Shown one piece after another: positions 11,057 through 22,411 of a stretch of 64,000 bases of DNA (positions are counted from its first letter, which is position 1; each line of letters starts with the position of its first letter). The notes under the pieces were generated by a model. The model searched no databases. It saw only the letters and a program-made list of their open reading frames with translations, and was not told where the DNA came from. The stretch is from Azolla caroliniana. Taxonomy: Eukaryota; Plantae; Polypodiophyta. The DNA is taken from contig JBHGNT010000003.1 of assembly GCA_043228905.1 (NCBI GenBank), forward strand, positions 18,786,001 through 18,850,000, given 5' to 3'. A program made the translations under genes and the position numbers.

Positions 11057-11090
11057 AGAGGGCTGCCAAGGCGTGGGGCCGCGACAGTCC
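11047..11090 (+). promoter_or_regulatory. Putative -1 ribosomal frameshift signal
   Basis: G_GAT_TTT directly precedes the gag TAG. A 6-nt spacer is followed by a GGGCTG/CAGTCC stem. The -1 frame is open from here into pol. Confidence 0.75.
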
Positions 11091-14000
11091 GGACACCCCG
11101 GGAAAACCCCACACCTGTACGATAAAACCGAAGAAACCTTGTACCATAGGTAGGGAATTTTTGTTCTCCGACAACGGAGCGTGTGCGATGGTCGGCATCG
11201 CCGGCCGAGAGAAAACAAAGACGGAGGCGAGACTTCGAGCGTGCGGAGTTCTCGTCCCGGACGAGGAAATCAACGGAGCCGTGGAGGCGGTCTCATTCGA
11301 CGACACCTTGGGAATGCTGGGAAAGGTAGTCGAAGAAGGCCTTAACGACAACCGGACGATACCGGTGTGTTCCGAGGAGATGTACGAAGTCATCGCGGAC
11401 TTCGGTCGAGGGCTCGAGTCAGTTCGGACGGCCCACGTAAACACCAAGTACAAGACTGTGGACCGGAAGGTAAGGCCAGTAGCGGCACCCTTACCGGAGG
11501 ACAGCGCGTCGAGAATCAAAGGGGTTGCGTCAGACCCTAGTCTACGAGATCCGGCCTGCATAGGGCACACCTTCACTGACGAGACGCTCCGAGAGCTCAA
11601 AATCGGTGGGGGCGGGTTCCTACTGCCGGCGGAGGAAGACCGGTTTCGGAGAATGCTCGGAAGGCACGGGAAAGCCTTCGCATTCTCGCCGGAGGAAATC
11701 GGGTGCGTTGACCCGACGATCGTGGAGCCGATGGTGATATTCACGGTACCGCATGTACCATGGAATCTCAAGCCAATCCCGGTTCCGAGAGCTCACATCC
11801 CGAAGTTGATGGAGCTGCTGAGGCAGAAAGTTGATATGGGAATTCTCGAGCCGTCGAGCGCCCCATATTCGAATCGATGGTTTACCGTACCGAAGAAAAA
11901 CGGTTCGCTGCGCTTCATCCAGGACCTGCAGCCGGTCAATCGAGTGACCATTCGGAACGCAGGAATCGGACCGACCATAGACGAGTTCGCGGAGGCCTTC
12001 GCCGGAAGGTCAATTTACTCGGTCGGGGATCTATACTCAGGGTACGACCAGTTCCAGCTGGCCGTGGAGAGCAGAGACCTTACGACGATGCGAACTCCCC
12101 TCGGCCTAGTTCGGATGTGTACACTGCCGCAAGGAGGGACCAACTCGGTGGCCCACATGGTGAATGCGATGAACAAGGTTCTGAGGGACTGTGTCCCGGA
12201 CATTACCATGCCGTTTCTGGACGACATCCCGATCAAGGGATGCCCGGTGGAAGAAAAGGACGAGACGATCGGGCCGGACGGATGCCGGCGATTCGTGGCG
12301 ACGCACGTCGACGACTGCGAGAAGGTGCTGCAAAGGCTAGAGGATGCGAGACTCACCTTCTCCGGGGAGAAGTCGGCCTTCGGGCAGTCAGAAATCATGG
12401 TGGTCGGACACCTGTGCGGACCATATAGCCGGAAACCGTCTCCGGCGAAGGTAGAAGCCATCTCCGCGATGAAGCCCGACTGCAGCTCGGTCACGGAAGT
12501 ACGGAGATTCCTGGGGGCATGCGCGTTCTACCACATATGGATCCCGCATTACGCACACGTCGCGGAGCCACTGTACGGGTTGCTGAAAAAGGGGCGAAGG
12601 TTCGAATGGCTAGACAAGCACGCGGAATCGGTCCGGAAGCTGAAAGAGGCCCTTGCAGCGGCACCGGCACTCCGGAAGGCGGTTTACGGGAAGGGTACCC
12701 CGGTATTCATAACGGTGGATACCAGTCCGACCGGGATCGGATGGGTCGTGAACCAGGAAGACGAGGACGGCAATCGGTTTCCGATCCGATTTGGCGCGAA
12801 AGTCCTCAGTGAACGGCAGCGAGGGTACGCCCAGGTTAAACGCGAACTCTGGGGTATTGTTTCGGCGGTTAAGGCCGACAAAGACTACCTGATAGGGACG
12901 GAAGTGATCATCGAGACGGATTGCCTGCCGATTCTCGGTATGGTTTCCGGATGCGCGACTCCGGACCTGGCGATGCTCAGGTGGATAGCGTACATCAAGT
13001 CCCTGGACCCGGAAATACGACACATTTCCGGGAAAGACAACGCCATGGCCGACATGCTTTCGAGGGCGAGGTTCGACGACGAGGGCGGCATGGTTTCGGA
13101 AGACGAAGAAGTCGGCGTGGATTTCTTCGAGGCGGCATACATAACGACCGACGGGATGAGCACTCCGGCGCTTAACGAGTTCGACGCGAGCAAGTACGAC
13201 GGGGAATGGCTGCAGATCGGCGGGTTTTTGAAGACGATGACGCCCGATGCGTCATGGACGAAGGACGAGGCCAACCGGATCCGGAAGAAAGCATATCGAT
13301 TCTTTCTCCGAGATGGGCATCTATGGAAGCACCCGAAGAAGAGGGACGGCGTCCCGCTCCGAGTGGTGGCGATGAAGGAAGAACAGGAGGAGCTACTGGC
13401 GGCCTACCACGACAGCCCTTGGGCTGGACACCGTGGAACGTGGGCGACGTTTGAGAAGCTGAAGGGAAAGTACTGGTGGCCGGGATTGTACCGGGACGTG
13501 CATCGGTTCGTGTCAACTTGCGAGAGTTGTCAGATGCACTCGATAGTCCGACACCGGGACGGGCTTCACCCTACGTACCCTCCGACTATCCACTTCAAAT
13601 GGATGGTAGATCTGGTGACGATGCCGATGGGGGTAGGACAGATGCGGTATCTGGTCCTAGCGCGGGAAGACCTGACGAACCAGGTGGAAGGCCGAGCCCT
13701 TCAGAACAAGACGACCGCGGCCGTGTGTCGGTTCCTAGTCGAGGACGTGATATGCCGGTACGGGTGCGTCGGGAAGATCGTGGCTGACCGAGGGGAGTTG
13801 GACGCCGAAGAGGCCGCGGAGCTGTTCGACCGGCTTGGAGTCAAGCTCTCGCTCACCACTGCGTACAATCCGGAGGCGAATGGAAAGGTGGAGCGCGGAC
13901 ACGGACCGATCGTCAAGGCGTTGATTCGGGCATGCGGAGGTCAAGTCGGTAACTGGCCGCGGCTGCTACCTTATGCTTTGTGGGCAGACCGGACCACGCA

Positions 14001-14544
14001 CAGTTCGGTAACCGGGTACATGCCGACGGAGCTCATGTTCGGCCAGAAGCCGATCATGCCGATTGAACGGACGATCTCCTCGTGGGCAACGGTCGACTGG
14101 AGGGACGAGATGAGCCGGGAGGAGTTGTTGGTCGCACGTATACGACAGCTCGAGCGGAGGCCGGAGGACGTGGCACTGGCTACGGAGAAGCTCCGGGTGG
14201 CGAGGACAAAGAACAAAGCCCGGTTCGACCGAACGCACCGGCTACGACCGAAGAAAATCGAAGAAGGTGACTGGGTGCTCGTCTACGACAGCAGCCTCGA
14301 CAACCAGCACCGAGCCACACGGAAGTTCGCACGAAGGTGGTTCGGGCCTTACGTGGTACGGAGTGCCAATGACAACGGGACATATCACCTGGCGGAACTT
14401 GACGGCACGAGAATGGCGATACCGGTTGCAGGGAAGCGGATCAAAGCGTTCAAGAAGCGACACGACGACGAGCCAGACCCGGCTCTCCTGGTCGGCAATG
14501 ACGAACGATCCGAAAATGAAGAAGAACCGACGGGCGAGGAATGA
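11047..14544 (+). CDS. pol: Pol (RT, RNase H, integrase) of E1, entered by frameshift
   Basis: RT motifs GDLYSGYDQ, LPQG, FLDD. RNase H motifs VDTS, RELWG, ETDC, ADMLSR. Integrase HHCC plus D,D,E and GPY. No chromodomain. Confidence 0.95.
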   Translation, partial: GFLERAAKAWGRDSPDTPGKPHTCTIKPKKPCTIGREFLFSDNGACAMVGIAGREKTKTEARLRACGVLVPDEEINGAVEAVSFDDTLGMLGKVVEEGLNDNRTIPVCSEEMYEVIADFGRGLESVRTAHVNTKYKTVDRKVRPVAAPLPEDSASRIKGVASDPSLRDPACIGHTFTDETLRELKIGGGGFLLPAEEDRFRRMLGRHGKAFAFSPEEIGCVDPTIVEPMVIFTVPHVPWNLKPIPVPRAHIPKLMELLRQKVDMGILEPSSAPYSNRWFTVPKKNGSLRFIQDLQPVNRVTIRNAGIGPTIDEFAEAFAGRSIYSVGDLYSGYDQFQLAVESRDLTTMRTPLGLVRMCTLPQGGTNSVAHMVNAMNKVLRDCVPDITMPFLDDIPIKGCPVEEKDETIGPDGCRRFVATHVDDCEKVLQRLEDARLTFSGEKSAFGQSEIMVVGHLCGPYSRKPSPAKVEAISAMKPDCSSVTEVRRFLGACAFYHIWIPHYAHVAEPLYGLLKKGRRFEWLDKHAESVRKLKEALAAAPALRKAVYGKGTPVFITVDTSPTGIGWVVNQEDEDGNRFPIRFGAKVLSERQRGYAQVKRELWGIVSAVKADKDYLIGTEVIIETDCLPILGMVSGCATPDLAMLRWIAYIKSLDPEIRHISGKDNAMADMLSRARFDDEGGMVSEDEEVGVDFFEAAYITTDGMSTPALNEFDASKYDGEWLQIGGFLKTMTPDASWTKDEANRIRKKAYRFFLRDGHLWKHPKKRDGVPLRVVAMKEEQEELLAAYHDSPWAGHRGTWATFEKLKGKYWWPGLYRDVHRFVSTCESCQMHSIVRHRDGLHPTYPPTIHFKWMVDLVTMPMGVGQMRYLVLAREDLTNQVEGRALQNKTTAAVCRFLVEDVICRYGCVGKIVADRGELDAEEAAELFDRLGVKLSLTTAYNPEANGKVERGHGPIVKALIRACGGQVGNWPRLLPYALWADRTTHSSVTGYMPTELMFGQKPIMPIERTISSWATVDWRDEMSREELLVARIRQLERRPEDVALATEKLRVARTKNKARFDRTHRLRPKKIEEGDWVLVYDSSLDNQHRATRKFARRWFGPYVVRSANDNGTYHLAELDGTRMAIPVAGKRIKAFKKRHDDEPDPALLVGNDERSENEEEPTGEE

Positions 14545-17378
14545 AGACGGGCCGGTTTTCTCCGTCCCAACTCTCTTGGCGCATACCGGAGGATGCGCGG
14601 TTAGGTGGGGGCGGATGTCGTGAAGAAAACCGTCTATAGGCGGAATCGGCGCACCAAGGCGTGGGAACCGGTTCTTCACGCGCGCACGCTCCGAGTTGTA
14701 CATAGAAACGAATTGAGAGGATAATCGGCAGGAACGGGCCCTAACTCAAGTGGAGACAAAGACCGCGCGAACAGTCTTTTCGGTCGCGCGCGCGAACTGT
14801 ACGAGTCGGCGGCGTAACTACGCGGATCCGTGAAAAACGGAGCGGATCCCTGTCCAAAAGGGACAGGGAATAAAGCTGACACGACGGCCTGTTCGTCGGC
14901 CTATATAAGGAGCGGGAAAGAGCTGTTGCAGGGATCTGGGGCGGAGAGGACGAAGTGCTGTCGGACCGTTTCTGGACGCTTCGCTCTCTCTGTTTCCTTC
15001 CTTCTTGAGCTCCAAAGCTTTCTGTGCAGGGTTCCGGGGAGGCTCGCGCTGTTTCGAGGAACGCCCGAGTGCTTCCGGCAGCACCTCCGACCTGCTACCC
15101 CCCCCCCATTTCCCCGTTTGTGCGTCGAAGCGAACAGGCATCGGCATCTGTTCGCCGGCCTGTTCGGTTGCAACCAACCTGTGCCCCATCGGGGGTTGTA
15201 GTCGTGTTAGCCATTTTGTTAATACACATATTTAGTCATTCGCATCCGTCTGTGTCGGTGTCTGTTCGCGTTCTCCGTGCTGAAGGGCCGTGTCCCTGTG
15301 TATCCCCGGTCCTGCGTAGCCGGTTCTCTCTCTTTCTCCTCCCTCGCTTGCTCTTTGGTTCGAGACCCCCGCGGTCCCGCCTCTATTCCACACGCACTTG
15401 CGTAATATCTCGACACCGTCAGCAAGAGATCTTTAACCATGACCATGTCCCTCATCTTCGACTTCCACATTGAGTAGTTGGAGTCGGTGATCTTGAACAT
15501 GCCGCCGAATAGATCTTCCAAGCTCTTTGTTGTTCTCGCTCGGATACCAGTTTCTGCGGAATAGCGCTCAGCCACAACCGAGTCTTAATCACTCAATGGA
15601 AGAAAACAAAAAATAGGAATACGACGACACAAGAAGTTAATGTGGAAACCCCTAAACGGGAAAAACCATGCGAGCCCACAAACTCCAACTATCACTATGA
15701 GAGGAAGGGTACAATGGGAGACTCAGAGGCAACGACCTCAAGCTCTATCTTCGCCAACCGGCGATTACAACATAAAAGCTTTCTGTCTATATATATATGT
15801 GTGTGTGTGTGTGTATCTTTGTACAACAATAATGATAAGAACATCAACAACAGTAAACACTATTTGACCTAGTTATATTTATACTCATATAACTTACGGG
15901 GTATTTACAAATATGAGCTCAATGGTCATGTTTCACAATATTTACAAATATGTTCCTACTTGCTAGTTCATACCGGATCCGTTCGATCCGGTATTCGGAT
16001 ACCTTCCGGACCCATCCGGTCCAGTTCCTTTTTTCGGCTCGTCCGATCTGGCTCCTCCAGTTTTCATCTGGATCCCATCCAGAGGGACTTGTTTCCCAAC
16101 ATTTAAGTTCCCTCCTCTCTCTCCCAAGAGGTAGTTGTAGTAAGAGAGTGTCGAGAGAAGGTGACCATTTAAGCACCTTCTCCTCTCCCTTGTATTAGTT
16201 GTTGGTTATCATTTTCTTGTGAATACAATTTTCTTAGTTTTTCTATCTATTGTGTGTCGACTATATCTCCCTCTATCTCTCACATACAAATTCACATATA
16301 TACACACATCTCTAAATTCTGTTGCACAAAATCATATACTTGATTCTTTACATGGTATCAATGTGATTGGTAGCCTAATCCAACCCATTTACCTATGTTG
16401 TGTTATACACCGATGACCAAGAAGAATCGGCTCATCATGTAGAGAAGAAGAAGAAGGAAAAGAACTTGAACCACTCGACCATCATGAACACGTAGATGGG
16501 AAATAACTTTGCATCTTCAGAATACAAGATGCACCAATACCTTGTCGGCCAAGGTTCTTGGAGCTATATTGAGGGAGCACAAGAAATGCAACCCAACCCA
16601 ACACACACCGACTACCCAGCATGGGAGCAAGCGACAAGTTGGGTGTTGTACTATTTGGTGTCATGTGTCCACGATCACATGCTCAACTACATTCGGGAAG
16701 CCAAGACATTGAAAGAAACGTGGGAGAACCTCAAGAAGATTTTCGCAGCCAACACAACCGCACATAAACTGCAACTCCGTCAAGAGTTGAATAGCATCCA
16801 ACAAAGGATATGTCAATCACAAGCTATACCTTGAAGATCAAGGAGTTGTGTGACTCACTCATCTCGGTCAATGTTAATATTAACGACGACAAAATGGTGC
16901 AAATATGCCTCGATGATCTAGCACCCCGTTTCGGCACAATGAGATTGGTCGTCCTCGCAAGAGAGAATTCTTCCTCCTTTGATCTCTAGTCAATGCTACT
17001 AGTCGAAGAGAATCACATCCGAATGAGGAACAATGCATCAGAACGACATATGCTCTATTCACACTCGGACGGAGGAAGAGGACACAGTCATGGAAGAAGA
17101 GGTTGCGTCGACCAAGGCCAAAACTATCAAGGACCGCCACATGAACACAATTTCTACTACCGGCAAGACATCGGAAACACTCGAGGAACATTCGGTAGAA
17201 GGGGGGAGCGTCCATGCTAGATCGAGCCGACAAAATAACCCATTCAAATGCGGGTATTGTGGAAAAATCGACCACCATGAGGTAGAATGTCGGAAGAAAA
17301 AACGTGAATCGGCCTCCACAAACCGATAGCTCACCAATTATGCCACTAACTCTGACTACCACGATCATTGCAAAATGT

Positions 17379-17422
17379 TGTAAAGAAATGAGGAGGCAAG
17401 AGTGATTGTAATGCAGCAGAAG

Positions 17423-17464
<42 letters not shown>

Positions 17465-17466
17465 CA

Positions 17467-17506
<40 letters not shown>

Positions 17507-20500
17507 CTTAAGACAGAGATGGACTAAACTGTATATTGCATTACCAAAAGTATCCACATAAGAACATCCAACAACAACTAAGTTACAATACGTTGATTTA
17601 TATACCAACTAAGCTAGGGCAAGTGCCCTTTCTACTATTTACAAAACTAGCCCAACATGTCCATGAGCTAGTGTGAAAGCTATCTATGGGAAGTTAAGTT
17701 CGATTCTCAACATGCCCCTTCGAACACAACTTCCATCTGTCGAAAAGTTGTTTCGGTCTTCGGAGGCTTTATTGCTTTACCTTCTTATTGCGTGTTGCGT
17801 AGTCTATCCGTGCTGCGTATGCTGCGTACTCCCCCTCAAGCTCAGCAATGGAGATGTCGTGAGACCAAGGTCCGATGCAAATTGCCTCAGCTTGTCAACG
17901 CCTAGAGCTTTTGTAAAAATATCAGCAACCTGGAGGTGCATACTAATGTGTTGTAGATCGAGCTCTTCGGCCTATACACGCTCACAGATGAAGTGGTAGT
18001 GAACTTCGATATGCTTGGTCCACGCGTGGAATACGGGATTCTGCGCCAGGTAAATACTACTCATGTTGTCATAGTAGAGACGAATTGGATCCTTGATGGG
18101 TACGCCTAGATCCTTTAGTATGTGTTTGAGCCAGACGGCTTCACATGTGGCGACTGTTGCGCCCCTATATTCGGCTTCCGTGCTCGATAGTGTGATTGTC
18201 GACTGCTTCTTACTACTCCAGGAGATCGCTCCGCTACCAAGAGAGATGACGAATCCGGATGTGGATCACATGTCCGCTTCATATCCTGCCCAGTCCGCAT
18301 CTGTGTACCCTTCGAGTCGAATGATCGCATTCGTCTTGTACATAATGATGTTGTTCATTGTCATACTGACATACCGAAGTATCCTCTTAGTGTAATCCAG
18401 ATGAAGATTTCGCGGATTCTGCATAAACTAGCTTAGTAGGCCGACCAAATAACTAAGGTCGGGTCGCGTAATGGCCAAATAGATCAAGTTACCGATCAGT
18501 TGTCGATATTGAGTCAGCTTGCTCTCAGCGGTTCCAAAATTGGCATCGATCTTGAGATTACGATCAAGGGGGTAGACACACGCTTGCACTTGGTCATTCC
18601 GAACTTGTAGAGTAAGTTGAGAATGTAGTGTTGTTGAGAGATCATTATTCCGACTGGTGTGCAAATTACTTCAATACCTAGGAAGTAATGGAGCTCGTGC
18701 AAATCTTTCATTTCGAATATGCTGGAAAGAAGTGATTTGACTTTGTTAATCTCGACGAGATCCTTTCCTCCGATGACCAAATCATCCACGTACAGGATGA
18801 TGATAATCAGGTTATCCGACTCATTCCGGATGTACAGAGAGGTGTCGGATTTTGACATCCGAAATCCGACATGGTGAAGATATTGCGTGATCTTCGAGTG
18901 CCAAGCACGCGGTGCTTGTTTGAGGCCGTAGAGTAGCTTCTTGAGGTGGCATACGGCGTGCAGATGCTTACGCGATTCGAATCCGGGTGGTTTTATCATG
19001 TACACCTCTTCTTCTAACTCTCCTTGAAGGAAAGCATTTTTCACGTCCATCTGGTGGAGGTGCCATCCCTTCGCTGCGGCAAGTGCAATTATTGTCCGTA
19101 CAGTTGTCATCTTTGCTACCGGGGCAAAGGTTTCTTCATAGTCTATGTCGTGCATTTGCACGTAGCCTTTCACAATGAGCCATGCTTTGAAGAGATTTAT
19201 GGATCCGTCAGAATTGTATTTCACTTTGTATATCCATCTGCAGCCAATTGCTTTCTTGTTCGAGGGGAGAGGAACGAGATCCCATGTCTCATTTTTGCAT
19301 AGCGCTTCCATTTCCTCATGCATCGCGTTGACCCATCGCGGATCCTTTACAGCTTCAGAAGGCGTTTCCGGCTCCCCTACTGTTGCTACCTTCGTCATAA
19401 AAGCGTAATGATACACAATGTACTCGTCGTAGCCATAGCGGTTTACGGGGTTCTTTTCACGCGTGGAACGGCGTGGCTTTTCATTTGCAGATTCTAGAGT
19501 TTCCTTCACGCCATCTATATGGAAGTCAAGGCCTTCGAACTCACTATCAAGATTGAAATGATCTTCGTATTCCTTCATCTTCGCCTTCCCTTTGTCCAGC
19601 TTCGGACTCGGCCGAGATGTGCTTTCATCGCTTGGCGGCTCGGATGGCCCACCCAATCGTGTCGTAATTGGGTTGTCTTCTAACATCTGTGTGAGCCGAT
19701 CCTCAGCTTCTATTTCTATTTCAGTGTCATCCACGTCGAGTGAGGTTGGATTCGAAGTATTCTCTAATGCGTACCAGGATGAGTATTCGTCGAAGACTAC
19801 GTCTCGACTTGTTCGAACCTTACGGGTAGATGGGTTGTAGCATTTGTACCCCTTCTGTTCGAGTGAGTATCCTACGAGGATACATTTCTCCGACTTTGGG
19901 TCAAGCTTTTGCTGCGTATCGTCGGGAATATGTACGTAGGCGATAGAACCGAAAATGCAAAAACATGTGACAAATCCGACTTCTTTCCGAAGAACTTCTC
20001 ATGCGGAGTTATATCGTGTACTCCCGAGGTTGTGGACCTATTCATGACGTATACGGCCGTGTTTGCCACTTCTGCCCAGTACGATTTTGGCAGGTTCTTT
20101 TCATCCATCATAGCCCGTGCAACTTCTACTATGTGTCGGTTCTTGCGCTCAACTACGCCGTTTCGCTGAGGCGTGTGTCGACACGAGAACTCTCGTCGGA
20201 TTCCTTCTTCTCGGAGATACACCGTAAATTCATCCGAGAAATATTCTTTGCCTCCATCTGATCGAAGACAGCGCACATGCCGACCCGTAGTTTTTTCGAC
20301 TTAGGCCTTGAATGTCTGGAAGTGCCTAAACACTTCACTCTTCTGCTTCATCAGATAGATCCAGGTGTTCCTGGAGAAGTCGTCGATGAACGTGACATAC
20401 TATCTGCATCCCCCGAATGTTGCTATCTGGGCTGGTCCCCACACATCTGAATGTACGACATCCAGGATTCCTTTGCACACATTCCACTCTTTAGGGAATG

Positions 20501-22411
20501 GGTGATGGCGTTGCTTTCCGAACTAACATGCTTCGCATACGCCTGTAATCTCCTTCGTCGTAAGTTCAGGAGTCTAATTACAACTCCTTTCAATTGCATG
20601 TTCTAGAGCTTCTGGAGATTGATGTGGCTGATTCTCTTGTGCCACAGTTTTAAGTCGGTTTCGACTTTCTGGCCCTTTGCAAACATGGCCAACTTTACCT
20701 CGCTCGATTCGAGGATGAACATACGGCCTTCTCGTCGGCCGTGAGCTACGACTTGATCTCCTTTTTCGATGAAACATCCGTTATTATTGAAGTGTACTTG
20801 CATTCCTTGTTCCAAAATCTGTCCGACTCAGACCAGGTTTTTCATAATGGTGGGGACATGCAGCACGTTCTTGAGGTAGGTCTGTTTGCCGTCGTTCCCG
20901 ATATGCTGTATTCGGTGAGTCATGTCATCTCCTGTTTCGACATATCCGGGACGTTCGGGCTTCCGTAATTCCCGAAACCAATCTTCATGGGACGTCATGT
21001 GATTGGATTCTCCCGAATCGACAAACCATACGTTGTTAGGAGTGGAAGTAGTAGTTGACACTAGTGTGGACATTGAGTGCGCTTCGTGCTTCATTATGAG
21101 CATTCCACCGCAGTCGCCATAGTCAAAGTTCGTGGCGTAATTTGTTAGTTGTCGGCCTTGCTCACGCTTCTTCTTCCGACACTCCTCTTCGTAGTGGTCA
21201 AGTTTTCCGCAGTACCTACACTCAATTGGGTTCCTATGGTTGCTTGGTCCGGCGTGATGACTCCCCCTTCCGCCGAACTCTTTGGGGTTGTTTCTGTCCG
21301 CTTGCCATTGGTGTGAGTTACGATGTTGATTGTGTCAACCTTGGCCTTATTAGCCTCTCCTACCGCGACCGTGTCCTCTTCCTCCATCGAAGTTCGAATA
21401 TAGCATTTGTCCTTCATGTGCGTTGTTACTTTGACGCACGTGATTCTCTTCGACCAGCAACAACGATTGGAGATCAAAAAAGGAAGGAGGATTCTCTCTC
21501 GCGAGAACAACCGATCTTATTGCGCCAAATCGTGGTGCCAAGCCACCGAGGCATATCTACACCATTTCTTCATCGTCAATGCTAACATTGATCGATCCAA
21601 GGACATCACACAACTCCTTGATCTTTAGGGTGTAGTTGTCGATTGACATGTCCCTTTGTTGAATATTGTTCAGCTCCTGTCGAAGTTGGAGCTTCTGTGT
21701 GGCCGTATTGGCTGCAAAAATCTTCTTGAGGTTTTCCCACGCCTGCTTCGGTGTTTTTGCCTCTCGAATGTAACCAAGCATATGATCATGAACGCATGAT
21801 GCAAGGCAATACAACACACGGCTTGCGGCATGCTCCCAAGCGGGATAGTCGGTGTGTGTTGGGTTGGGGTGTGATTCGTGAGCTCCTTCGATGTAGCTCC
21901 AGTAGCCTTGTCCGACAAGGTATTGATGCATCTTGTATTCCCAAGATGCAAAGTTCGTTCTGTCGAGCTTCTCGGTAGGAAGAACGCTTCCCATTTCCGT
22001 ATTCATGGTGATTTCTTCTCTGTCAATGGGCCGGTTCTGTTGATCGTCGGCGTGCAACACAACACAGTCGAATAGGCTTGATCAAGCAACCACATGCTCT
22101 GATACCATGTAAAGAAATGAGGAGGTAAGAGTGATTGTAATGCAGCGGAAGATGAGTCTGTGTGTGTATCAAGACTGAGAGAGAGAGAGAGTGAGAGAGA
22201 GAGCTCTTAAGACAAAGATGGACTAAAATGTATATTGCATTAACAAAAGTATCCACATAAGAACATCCAACAACAACTAAGTTACAATACGTTGATTTAT
22301 ATACCAACTAAGCTAGGGCAAATGCCCTTTCTACTATTTACAAAACTAGCCCAACATGTCCATGAGCTAGTGTGAAAGCTATCTATGGGAAGTTGAGTTC
22401 GATTCTCAATA
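17379..22411 (-). mobile_element. Full-length but decayed copia B2, inserted in the gag-PR region of B1
   Basis: LTRs 17379-17712 and 22108-22411; Met PBS TGGTATCAGAGCA 22095-22107. gag 21557-22006; PR WFVDSG; INT RSDGGKEY; RT 18514-19734 (QMDVKNAFL, YVDD). TSD not cleanly resolved. Confidence 0.92.
17424..17503. repeat. Compound (GT)n/(AG)n microsatellite in the B2 LTR
   Basis: Directly visible; much shorter in the partner LTR (22158-22203). Confidence 0.95.

Larger units (their letters stand above)
8086..15415 (+). mobile_element. Intact young Ty3/gypsy LTR retrotransposon E1 (non-chromovirus, tRNA-Trp primed)
   Basis: 800-bp LTRs at 8086-8885 and 14616-15415, with no differences seen. 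TG...CA ends, 4-bp TSD CCGT, PBS 8890-8907, purine-rich tract 14599-14615, open gag-pro and pol with domain order RT-RH-INT. Confidence 0.97.
7895..16101 (-). mobile_element. Copia family-A element A1 (5' LTR ~15552-16101, PBS, start of gag), interrupted by E1 and truncated
   Basis: PBS TGGTATCCGAGC at about 15538-15549. gag MFKITDSNYSMWKSKMRDM... continues across the E1 insertion into 7895-8085 and matches the gag at 24230. Confidence 0.8.

Noticed and set aside
8146-15473. Antisense and alternate-frame ORFs within E1 and its LTRs
   Set aside because: Shadows of GC-rich gag-pol and LTR sequence; no motifs.
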